A stretch of DNA of 64,000 nucleotides, from the NCBI GenBank assembly GCA_963922705.1, contig CAWUJS010000002.1, positions 4,606 through 68,605 of the forward strand, read 5' to 3'. Both the position numbers and the translations under genes were made by a program. Under the pieces are notes generated by a model that saw only the letters and a program-made list of their open reading frames with translations, made no database searches and was not told the DNA's origin. Of the stretch, positions 9,165-17,471 are shown one piece after another. The stretch is from an uncultured Alphaproteobacteria bacterium (lineage in GTDB: Bacteria > Pseudomonadota > Alphaproteobacteria > Micavibrionales > Micavibrionaceae). Position 1 is the first letter of the stretch. Every line of letters begins with the position of its first letter.

Positions 9165-10067
9165 TTAAGAAGAAACATCATGGGTTTGTTTTGGTTCATT
9201 TTCTGCGTCATTTTTTTGTGTATTGCTATTCGCATGTTTATTTGGATTTGGCGGTGCTTTTCCTGTTTCAGTAATAGTATCACGAATCACTTGCAAACGC
9301 TCTTTTTGCCCTTCTGTTAACGGCTTTTTGTTCCCACGATCCTTTAGATTGAAGTCTCGTTCTTCATAACCACTGGTGTGATTTCTCCTGATTATCTCTG
9401 CGTCATGTCGCTGTATTTGCGATTCATCCACTGTTTCCTCTGTTTGAATTGCAACAGCCTGGATATTTTTAACATCCTTTGCGCGAACCCGAGCTTTTTC
9501 AAAGCCTTTTAGTTTTACTTTTACATTTTTAAGCGATTCTCTTTTTCGCTTTAGGGTTTTTATTTTTGTGGTATTGCTACTACTGTCACTACCACATTCT
9601 TTAATCCGCCCAAGCTTGTTGATTGTGTTATTGATGGCATCAATTTCCTTATCGACTGCCCGTTTTTCCGTTTCAATCATTCTTTTCACTTTTGAACTTA
9701 AATCACTAAACTTCATAGCTTCAAGCCAACGGCGAAGCATGTCTTCCTGTTTTTCTTTATAGCGTCTGTGATCATCCTCATCACGGCGTTCAAAATCACT
9801 TAATTTTATCAAGCCGACACGAATGCCCACTTTTTGCAAACGCAAGATAACCTGTTGCTTCAATGTATTGGGAATTCGTGCATCTGCGATCAATTGACTC
9901 ACAGTCATCTGCGAAAAATTCTTAAATGCATGATCATCGATACCATCATAAGACATATAGTCATTCCATTTTAAACTGTAACGACTATAAATATAGCCCT
10001 GACTGTTAAGAACAACCAAAGCATACACACAACTGTAATAGAAAGTCAAAAATCTATAATGTCTCAT
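9165..10067 (-). CDS. hypothetical protein, highly charged Lys/Glu/Arg-rich (up to 300 aa; start uncertain)
   Basis: Long ORF with no family recognised. The first ~37 codons are hydrophobic and aromatic and lack an SD, so the true start may be an internal Met (MSYDG... or MTVSQL...). Confidence 0.55.
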   Translation of the reverse strand: MRHYRFLTFYYSCVYALVVLNSQGYIYSRYSLKWNDYMSYDGIDDHAFKNFSQMTVSQLIADARIPNTLKQQVILRLQKVGIRVGLIKLSDFERRDEDDHRRYKEKQEDMLRRWLEAMKFSDLSSKVKRMIETEKRAVDKEIDAINNTINKLGRIKECGSDSSSNTTKIKTLKRKRESLKNVKVKLKGFEKARVRAKDVKNIQAVAIQTEETVDESQIQRHDAEIIRRNHTSGYEERDFNLKDRGNKKPLTEGQKERLQVIRDTITETGKAPPNPNKHANSNTQKNDAENEPKQTHDVSS

Positions 10068-10092
10068 TAAGGCTGTGAAAATAATTCAAAAT

Positions 10093-10121
10093 AAAAAAAC
10101 ACCCAACTTGTTCTGTGGGCG
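10093..10121 (-). terminator. intrinsic terminator downstream of rpmG
   Basis: On the minus strand: CGCCCA(C)-loop-TGGGTG stem (6 bp including one G-U) followed by TTTTTTT. It begins 28 nt after the rpmG stop. Confidence 0.55.
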
Positions 10122-10148
10122 TTTTTGTAAATCCTAACGATAAAGCGT

Positions 10149-10358
10149 CTAGTTCTTTTTCGAAGGCGGCATTTTTTTCTCTACGAACCAGACATGCGCA
10201 CCGCGCTTCCCGGTTTTCTCGTTTATTGCCCAGGGATCATATTTCCTTTTACGGATTTTATACTCCGCAGAAGTGTTACGTACCGCATAATAGCGATATC
10301 CAGTTCCTGCCTCACTTTCAAGGCGTACTTTTAATCTTTTCTTACTCTTTGCAGCCAT
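10149..10358 (-). CDS. rpmG: 50S ribosomal protein L33 (long variant, 69 aa)
   Basis: KVRLESEAGTGYRYYAVRN...RKYDP...HVWFVEKK matches the L33 pattern (L-S-T-A-G-T-G-x-F-Y ... K-Y-D-P ... H-V-x-F-K-E-x-K). It carries an internal insertion and a C-terminal extension relative to the usual ~55 aa. Confidence 0.75.
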   Translation of the reverse strand: MAAKSKKRLKVRLESEAGTGYRYYAVRNTSAEYKIRKRKYDPWAINEKTGKRGAHVWFVEKKMPPSKKN

Positions 10359-10435
10359 AGCTGAACATTCCTCTTTAATTCTGAGATGCGTTTATGCAAG
10401 GTTTTAAACGCACTGTCAAGAAATTATCGAGAATT

Positions 10436-12745
10436 TTATCGCCGCCCCTTACCCTTTTTGGCGTTTTGTCTGGCTCGTTTTGAACGTTTTGTCTGAGATC
10501 CGGCTTGAGATTTTTTACCCTTAAACCCGCGCTTTGTTTTAAATACCAGGCCGGGTATATCAGCGCCATTGATGCTATCTCCAGCCATTTCAAGAACAGT
10601 TGATCCGGTTAGCCCGTCAGCCTCAAGTAACTTCACCGTCACCGAAGCGCCGAGGCGGAAAACAATTCCTGAGCGTTTGCCGATCAAAGCATGCTGATCC
10701 TCGTTATGATCGTAAAAATCATTCTTCAGAGAGCGCATGGGTACAATTCCATCTGCACCGCTTTCATTGAGCGCAACGAAAAGCCCGAATTTCGTGACCC
10801 CTGTGATTCGCCCTTCAAAAACCGCACCGATTTTCTCCGACAGATAAGCTGCGGTAAAGCGGTCAACGGCATTTCTTTCTGCAACCATAGAGGTGCGCTC
10901 GGTCTGTGAGATATGCTCTGCGATTTCATCAATGCGTGCAATTTCGGCCTCGTCTATACTGCCGTCACCAAGCCCGTAAGCTTTGATCAGCGAGCGATGC
11001 ACAAGTAAATCCGCATAACGGCGGATAGGTGAGGTGAAATGCGCATATTTAGAAAGAGCCAAGCCAAAATGCCCTATATTTTGCGGCGCATAAACAGCTT
11101 GGGATTGAGAGCGTAAAATAACTTGTGAAATCAAGTGCGAATATTCAAGCTTTGCCGCTTGCTGCAAGACGCGGTTAATCATGGAAGGTTGCGCAACAGG
11201 GCCTTTGGGCATTGTAATGCCAAAACTTTCAACAAATTCCCGCACGCTATCGAGCTTATCCAGACTTGGCTTGTCATGAATACGATAGACGCAAGGATAT
11301 AATTTCGGATCACGCTTATCCTCTAGAGCGCTGGCTGCTGCGACATTGGCCAAAATCATAAACTCTTCGATCAGCTTATGAGCATCAAGCCGCGCCCGCG
11401 TTGTCACGCCAGTCATATTACCTTTATCGTCAATCACAACGCGCCGCTCGGGTAAGTCCAGATCAAGCGCGCCGCGCTTTTGCCGGGCTTTGTCGAGGGC
11501 GGCGTAAGCCTCATACAAACAAAGAATAGCATCCCCGACTTGGTCGGGGATCTCATCAAGGCTGGTGACAGATCCCCGCTTGCGCGGGGATGCTTGTTTT
11601 GTGATGTCGTAATAGTGCTGCACCTGCTCATAAATCAGCCGCGCATGAGAGCGCATAAGGCCGCGCACAAACTTATATTTTTGTAGCTTTCCATCACCAT
11701 CAATCCACATATGAACGGCCAGGCAAGCGCGGTCTTCATTTGGACGGAGCGAACACAGATCATTGGATAAAGCCTCAGGCAACATCGGCACAACACGATC
11801 TGGGAAATAGGTTGAATTCCCACGCCGCTGCGCTTCATCATCAAGAGCGCTGCCATGCTTCACGTAATGCGCGACATCGGCGATTGCGACAATGAGGTGA
11901 AATCCGTCTTTCGTTTTCTCTGCAAAAACAGCATCATCAAAATCCCTTGCATCGGCGCCATCAATAGTCACAAGGGGAATAGCACGCAAATCTTCGCGTT
12001 TTTTAATCTCTGGAACTTTTAAATTTTTGGTGTCTTTAAGGACGGCATCGGGAAAATTCTCTATAATCCCCGCCTCATGGAGTGAGATAAGGCTAATCGC
12101 TTTGGGATCGCCTTGTTTGCCAATGACTTCGGCAACTTTCACCTTTTTGCGTTTAAGACCTCGTGACGGCAAAACCTCACCGATAATGAGATCACCTTCT
12201 TTTGCGCCATTCAAATCGCCAGAGTTGATATCAAACTCATATTTTGCTTTTTTATCTGCCGGCGCAAGACAAGGCCCATGCCTGGAATAACGCAGCATGC
12301 CCATGACGCGGCCTTTTTGGTCATCCTCAACAATTTTAATAATCCGCGCCTCGTAAAATGTATCGCTTTGCCGCGAGAGACGAACAAGCGCGCGGCTATC
12401 TTCTTTGAGGCGTGCGAATGCTTTTTTATCGGGTACAATCTCGATCTTTGGCTGTGCACCTTGTACTTCTTCATTCCACGCGGTGAGCTGCGCAAAAACC
12501 GCCCCGTCGCTGGAAATTTCCGTGACTTTCACCATCCCCGCCGACGGCAAGCCATCAGGCACAGAATAAACACCGCCCGCTTGTTTGGAAATTACGCTGT
12601 CCTTTTCAAGTTGTTTCAGAATTTGTTTCAGCGCAACACGGTTTTCCCCGCCCTTGATTCCAAAGGCACGCGCAATTTCCCGCTTTGTCACCGGCTTTGG
12701 CGAGGATTGGATGAATTTCAAAATATCTGTCTGGTTAAGAGCCAT
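10436..12745 (-). CDS. rnr: ribonuclease R
   Basis: 769 aa with an N-terminal HTH/cold-shock region, a central RNB domain, an S1 domain and a Lys/Arg-rich tail. It lies downstream of topA, as in many alphaproteobacteria. Confidence 0.9.
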   Translation of the reverse strand: MALNQTDILKFIQSSPKPVTKREIARAFGIKGGENRVALKQILKQLEKDSVISKQAGGVYSVPDGLPSAGMVKVTEISSDGAVFAQLTAWNEEVQGAQPKIEIVPDKKAFARLKEDSRALVRLSRQSDTFYEARIIKIVEDDQKGRVMGMLRYSRHGPCLAPADKKAKYEFDINSGDLNGAKEGDLIIGEVLPSRGLKRKKVKVAEVIGKQGDPKAISLISLHEAGIIENFPDAVLKDTKNLKVPEIKKREDLRAIPLVTIDGADARDFDDAVFAEKTKDGFHLIVAIADVAHYVKHGSALDDEAQRRGNSTYFPDRVVPMLPEALSNDLCSLRPNEDRACLAVHMWIDGDGKLQKYKFVRGLMRSHARLIYEQVQHYYDITKQASPRKRGSVTSLDEIPDQVGDAILCLYEAYAALDKARQKRGALDLDLPERRVVIDDKGNMTGVTTRARLDAHKLIEEFMILANVAAASALEDKRDPKLYPCVYRIHDKPSLDKLDSVREFVESFGITMPKGPVAQPSMINRVLQQAAKLEYSHLISQVILRSQSQAVYAPQNIGHFGLALSKYAHFTSPIRRYADLLVHRSLIKAYGLGDGSIDEAEIARIDEIAEHISQTERTSMVAERNAVDRFTAAYLSEKIGAVFEGRITGVTKFGLFVALNESGADGIVPMRSLKNDFYDHNEDQHALIGKRSGIVFRLGASVTVKLLEADGLTGSTVLEMAGDSINGADIPGLVFKTKRGFKGKKSQAGSQTKRSKRARQNAKKGKGRR

Positions 12746-12748
12746 TGA

Positions 12749-15271
12749 TTAGGCTTTTTTCTTGCGTTTGGCCGGAGCCTTCTTTTTCTTAGGCTTTGCT
12801 GCAGCTTCTGCTTCTTTAGCAGCTTTCGCCGCCGCTTTAGCCTCATCGCGTTTCATTTTCTCAGCAATGAGATCAACGGCACGGTTCATGCCAATCGTCA
12901 TGACATCTTCATCCTTGGGGATAGAGGCAAATTTCCCGTCATGTTGCACGAATGGCCCAAAACGCCCGATTCCGGCTTTGATCATTTTACCAGTCTCCGG
13001 GTGTTCGCCAACATCACGCGGCAATGCGAGTAACGATAAAGCCTTCTCCAGATCAACATCGGCAGGGGATAATCCTTTCGGTAATCCCTGACGCTTGGGT
13101 TTAGGTGCTTTTGGCTTGGATGGTTTGCGCGGTGCTTTTTTACCAGCCTCTTTGGCCTCTTTTTTAGCAATCTCCCATGCCGCGATATCCTTCTCATACC
13201 CTTCCATATCCGGTTTTTCTTCCGGTGCAGGATCAATCTGCACATAAGGGCCATAAGGTCCGCGCCTCAGAGAAACCGTGCGCCCTGTCCCTGGCTCTTC
13301 ACCCAGAATTTTCGGCTCATTCGCCAGCGCCGCCATATCACTATCTTCTTCGCCATCAGGAACAACCAGAGGCTTTGTATATTTACAGCCCTCATTATAG
13401 TTAGAGCAGCCAATGAATGCGCCGAATTTCCCAAGTTTTAAGCCAAGGCGACCATTGCCGATTGTATCCTTACACGCCTGACATTCCCGGCTTTCTTCAC
13501 CTTCAGGGAAGAAGTGCGGCCCAAGATCTTCATCCAGATAATCAATGACTTCGGTAATGGTAAGACCTTTCGCCTCATCAACCGCGGCTTTAAAATCAAC
13601 CCAGAACTGCTGCAGCATTTCCTGCCAATTCACGTGCCCGCCTGCAATTGCATCTAGCTCTTCTTCAAGATTGGCAGTGAAATCATAATCCACATATTTG
13701 GTGAAGAATTTGGTCAGGAAGGTCGTAACAACCCGCCCGCGATCACCAGGAACAAAACGACGGCTTTCCATCGACACATAATTGCGATCCCGCAAAACCT
13801 GCATGATGGATGCATAGGTCGATGGTCTACCGATTCCCATCTCTTCCAGCGCTTTGACCAGTGATGCTTCGGTATAACGCGGTGGTGGCTGTGTGAAATG
13901 CTGATTCGGTGTAACATCGACAAGCTTTGTGGAATCGCCTTCATTCATCGGCGGTAAGCGGCGATCTTTTTGATCCTCATGCTTATCATCATCACTGCGA
14001 TCTTCTGTATAAAGTTTCAGGAAACCATCGAATTTCACAACTGATCCATTGGCGCGCAAAATAACATCATCCGTTCCATCGCTGATATCAACGGCCATTT
14101 GATCCATGATAGCATTTTCCATTTGCGATGCAATTGTGCGCTTCCAGATCAGCTCATAAAGCCTGCGCTCTTTATCATCCTTCATGGGTGCGCCCTTGCG
14201 CCCCGGTATTTTGGAAAGATCAGTCGGGCGAATCGCTTCATGGGCTTCTTGCGCGTTTTTAGCCTTTGATTTGTATAGGCGCGGGGCGTTCGGCACATAT
14301 TGATCACCATACTCCCCCTTAATCACAGAACGCGCCTGTGCAACCGCTTCGCCAGACAAAGTTGTTCCATCCGTACGCATATAGGTGATAAAACCTGCCT
14401 CGTATAAGCTTTGCGCAGTACGCATCGTCTGTGAGGCACTCATACCAAGTTTTCGCGATGCTTCCATTTGCAATGAGGATGTAATAAACGGCGCAGCCGG
14501 ATTACGGCGCTTTTCTTTACGTTCAATTTTTTGAATAGAGAGGTTTTTATTGCGGATTCGCTCTTCGGCTTTCTTCGCATCCTCTTCCGATCCGATATCC
14601 AGCTTGCCCAGCTTATTGCCCGATAAATGAGTCAGACGCGCTGTGAATGGAATACCATCGGATGTGTGCAGCTTTGTTTCGATGCTCCAATATTCTTGCG
14701 CATTAAAAACTTCAATTTCCGCTTCTCTTTCGCAAATCAAACGCAGCGCAACCGATTGCACTCGCCCCGCAGAACGCGATCCGGGAAGCTTGCGCCAAAG
14801 AACAGGCGAGAGGTTAAATCCAACCAGATAATCCAAAGCGCGGCGTGCAAGATAAGCATTGATCAAAGGCTGATCCAGTGAACGGCTGCTCTGGAATGCC
14901 TCGGTAATTGCTTTTTTGGTGATCTCATTGAATGTAACGCGCTTAATGTCTTTGCCTGCTGTCAAATCAGCATCTTGCAAAATTTCCTGAATATGCCAGG
15001 CAATCGCCTCTCCTTCTCTATCCGGGTCAGGCGCGAGCCATATCGCACTGGCTTTTTTCACCGCACGCTTGATGTCATTGACATGTTTTGATGATCGCTC
15101 CCCAAGCTCCCACTTCATCGCAAAATTTTCATCGGGGAGAACAGAGCCGTCTTTATTAACCAGATCACGCACATGCCCAAAGCTGGCCAGCACTTCATAA
15201 TCGCCGCCCAAATATCCGCCAATCTTTTTGGCTTTTGCGGGAGATTCAACAATGACGAGGTTATTTGTCAT
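12749..15271 (-). CDS. topA: DNA topoisomerase I
   Basis: 840 aa with the TOPRIM N-terminus LVIVESPAKAKKI, type IA core motifs, a zinc-ribbon Cys cluster (CQACKD...CSNYNEGC) and a Lys/Ala-rich tail. Confidence 0.97.
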   Translation of the reverse strand: MTNNLVIVESPAKAKKIGGYLGGDYEVLASFGHVRDLVNKDGSVLPDENFAMKWELGERSSKHVNDIKRAVKKASAIWLAPDPDREGEAIAWHIQEILQDADLTAGKDIKRVTFNEITKKAITEAFQSSRSLDQPLINAYLARRALDYLVGFNLSPVLWRKLPGSRSAGRVQSVALRLICEREAEIEVFNAQEYWSIETKLHTSDGIPFTARLTHLSGNKLGKLDIGSEEDAKKAEERIRNKNLSIQKIERKEKRRNPAAPFITSSLQMEASRKLGMSASQTMRTAQSLYEAGFITYMRTDGTTLSGEAVAQARSVIKGEYGDQYVPNAPRLYKSKAKNAQEAHEAIRPTDLSKIPGRKGAPMKDDKERRLYELIWKRTIASQMENAIMDQMAVDISDGTDDVILRANGSVVKFDGFLKLYTEDRSDDDKHEDQKDRRLPPMNEGDSTKLVDVTPNQHFTQPPPRYTEASLVKALEEMGIGRPSTYASIMQVLRDRNYVSMESRRFVPGDRGRVVTTFLTKFFTKYVDYDFTANLEEELDAIAGGHVNWQEMLQQFWVDFKAAVDEAKGLTITEVIDYLDEDLGPHFFPEGEESRECQACKDTIGNGRLGLKLGKFGAFIGCSNYNEGCKYTKPLVVPDGEEDSDMAALANEPKILGEEPGTGRTVSLRRGPYGPYVQIDPAPEEKPDMEGYEKDIAAWEIAKKEAKEAGKKAPRKPSKPKAPKPKRQGLPKGLSPADVDLEKALSLLALPRDVGEHPETGKMIKAGIGRFGPFVQHDGKFASIPKDEDVMTIGMNRAVDLIAEKMKRDEAKAAAKAAKEAEAAAKPKKKKAPAKRKKKA

Positions 15272-15316
15272 TTCATTTTAATTCCTTATTAAGCAGCAAA
15301 GCCGCAATATTACTTA

Positions 15317-15402
15317 CCACAGTGAACACAGAAGAAAAACACAGGGGCAATCATTTTTAAAACACAAAATGCTCCTGTGTTGCATCTGTGTCTTCTGTGG
15401 TT
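15317..15402. repeat. two inverted copies of a ~40-nt dispersed repeat, forming a long imperfect hairpin (third copy at 50069-50108)
   Basis: 15317-15358 is CCACAGTGAACACAGAAGAAAAACACAGGGGCAATCATTTTT. The reverse complement of 15366-15400 is CCACAGAAGACACAGATGCAACACAGGAGCATTTT. The pair lies in the dprA-topA intergenic region. Confidence 0.8.
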
Positions 15403-15432
15403 GTTTTTTGTAATGCCTGCGGCGTTTAAAAT

Positions 15433-16578
15433 CTATTCTATGTCCAACAAGCTAATCCTATTACCAGGCAAACGTTTTACACGCCCTGCCAACTCCAGTT
15501 CCAGCAAAATTGTTTGTAAGACCGGAATGCTCATATGGCATGCACGGAAAAGTTCGTCAACTGTAACAGGTGCAAATGATAAATTCTCAAGAACCGTTTC
15601 TTGTGCATTTTGCGGGATATCTTCATTGGCGGGAGGCGGGCTTTCAAAACTAGGTTTTACTGGAATAGGTTCACGCAGGCCTGTCCCGTGAAAGTTTAAA
15701 ATTGCCTCTAGAATATCATCTGCATTTCGAATGAGGGTTGCGCCTTCGCGGATCAAATGATTGGGACCATGCGCCCGGGGATCAAACGGTGAGCCTGGCA
15801 CAGCCATCACTTCCCGCCCCTGCTCTCCAGCAAGCCGCGCGGAGATGAGAGAGCCTGAACGCATGGTTGCCTCGACAACAATTGTGGCGCGAGAGAGACC
15901 TGATACAATACGGTTACGTTTGGGGAAATGCCGCGCTTGCGGTGATGTTCCAAACGGACTTTCCGCAAGGATAAGACCCTGATCCCTGATATGTTCAAAA
16001 AGTTGTGTATTTTCCTGTGGGTAGATCACGTCAATGCCGCCCGCCACCACGGCAATTGTTCCTGTGGATAGCGCCCCCTTATGTGCTGCCGTATCAATAC
16101 CGCGTGCCAGACCTGAGACAACAATTTGGTTGCGCGCCCCTAAATCACGGGCAATTTTTTCAGCCATTTTTCGCCCATTCAGCGATGCATTCCGTGCGCC
16201 CACCATGGCAATACAGCTTTGGGAAAGAATCTCAAGATTACCGAGATAAGATAAGACAGGCGGCGCATCATCACAGGCCGCAAGCATTGAGGGGTATGTA
16301 TCACAGGCCGTCGTCACAATATCCCCGCCAAAGCGATGCAACGCTTCATATTCGCGTTCTATTGCAGAAAGCGCGGGCGCTTTAAGCGGTTTTTTCCGTC
16401 CGCCACGTGAAGCCAGTGCAGGAAGTGCATCCAGCGCATTACCGGCCGAACCGAAACGCTCAATCAGCTTGTAAAAGGTGATCGGGCCGACATTTTCGGT
16501 GCGAAATAGTCGCACCCAGTTGAGCTTTTCAGCATCAGGTAAAGGCACTGCACTGTGTTTCTTATTAAACATTTTCAT
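15433..16578 (-). CDS. dprA: DNA-processing protein DprA
   Basis: 381 aa with the Rossmann-like core motif SGLARGIDTAAHKGAL and a C-terminal winged-helix region. It lies upstream of topA (conserved linkage). Confidence 0.9.
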   Translation of the reverse strand: MKMFNKKHSAVPLPDAEKLNWVRLFRTENVGPITFYKLIERFGSAGNALDALPALASRGGRKKPLKAPALSAIEREYEALHRFGGDIVTTACDTYPSMLAACDDAPPVLSYLGNLEILSQSCIAMVGARNASLNGRKMAEKIARDLGARNQIVVSGLARGIDTAAHKGALSTGTIAVVAGGIDVIYPQENTQLFEHIRDQGLILAESPFGTSPQARHFPKRNRIVSGLSRATIVVEATMRSGSLISARLAGEQGREVMAVPGSPFDPRAHGPNHLIREGATLIRNADDILEAILNFHGTGLREPIPVKPSFESPPPANEDIPQNAQETVLENLSFAPVTVDELFRACHMSIPVLQTILLELELAGRVKRLPGNRISLLDIE

Positions 16579-16660
16579 CCTTTTTTACACGTGAGTTAGC
16601 CAGAGACAGCGGAGTTGTTAAAATAATATCTCTGTTTATCTACGTTATCTCACATGTCCA

Positions 16661-17359
16661 TTAATTCTTAGTCCCTATCTTTGGCTCAACGCCTTTCAAA
16701 AGCCGCTTGATATTCTCTTTATGTCGCCAGAAGACAAGCATAGCAATCAGGATTGTAACCAAAGCCGGCATAGCGCCATAAATCAGCAACGTTGTCAAAG
16801 GTACAAATGCAACAGCAACTAAGGCCGAAAGTGAGGATATCCGAAAGAACCCGGCGACAATCCCCCACGTGACGCAAGCCACAAAACCCGCCCAAGGTAG
16901 TGCCGCCAGTAAAACGCCAAGTGTCGTTGCTACCCCTTTGCCGCCTTTAAATTTAAGCCAGACAGGATAACAGTGGCCAATAATGGCACACAGCCCAATC
17001 AGCGTTAAATAAAGATGCAGATCTTCGAGACTGTCGCGGAATACTATGAAAGCAAAAATAATCGGAGGAACAGGTTTTAGAAAATCCAGACAGAGTGTTG
17101 CAAAGGCCAGCGGCTTTCCATGCGCTCTTAAAACATTCGTCGCCCCGATATTCCCCGAGCCTGTTTGACGGATGTCACCTTTGCCCAAAATCTTTGTTAA
17201 AATAAACCCGAACGGAATGGAACCTAGCAAGTAGGCAAAAGGGATATAGCCTAAAGTCATAAAAATTATAAAAATTACATGGAAAAAGCTATATCCGTTA
17301 TAGTAACTAATCATGTTCGGGATTTCTGCAAATAATTCAAATAAACTAAGCTCCATCAA
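16661..17359 (-). CDS. plsY: glycerol-3-phosphate acyltransferase PlsY
   Basis: Polytopic membrane protein with the GSGNIGATNVLR signature. The N-terminus may be shorter than the ORF. Confidence 0.88.
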   Translation of the reverse strand: MMELSLFELFAEIPNMISYYNGYSFFHVIFIIFMTLGYIPFAYLLGSIPFGFILTKILGKGDIRQTGSGNIGATNVLRAHGKPLAFATLCLDFLKPVPPIIFAFIVFRDSLEDLHLYLTLIGLCAIIGHCYPVWLKFKGGKGVATTLGVLLAALPWAGFVACVTWGIVAGFFRISSLSALVAVAFVPLTTLLIYGAMPALVTILIAMLVFWRHKENIKRLLKGVEPKIGTKN

Positions 17360-17372
17360 TCACCCACCCTAA

Positions 17373-17454
17373 CGTCATTGCGAGCGTAGCGAAGCAATCT
17401 TGTTAGCATTCCAGGGATTACTTCGACCAAAATAAATTTGGTCTCGCAATGACG
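17373..17454. repeat. 82-bp palindromic intergenic element with 12-bp perfect terminal inverted repeats
   Basis: CGTCATTGCGAG (17373-17384) pairs with CTCGCAATGACG (17443-17454). There is a nested pairing of CGAAGCAATC with GATTACTTCG. The GTCATTGCGAGCG.AGCGAAGCAATC core is a repeat motif I recognise from many bacterial genomes. Confidence 0.75.
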
Positions 17455-17471
17455 GTATCCGAGATTATTTG

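Noticed and set aside
6016-10095. 11-nt direct repeat TTCAAAATAAA at 6016-6026 and 10085-10095, flanking the ORFan islet (possible att sites).
   Set aside because: A low-complexity AT-rich 11-mer is easily expected by chance in AT-rich intergenic DNA. There is no integrase or tRNA nearby.
12278-12748. 156-aa plus-strand ORF antisense to the 5' end of rnr.
   Set aside because: It lies entirely within the RNase R coding sequence. Its composition is not protein-like and it has no SD.
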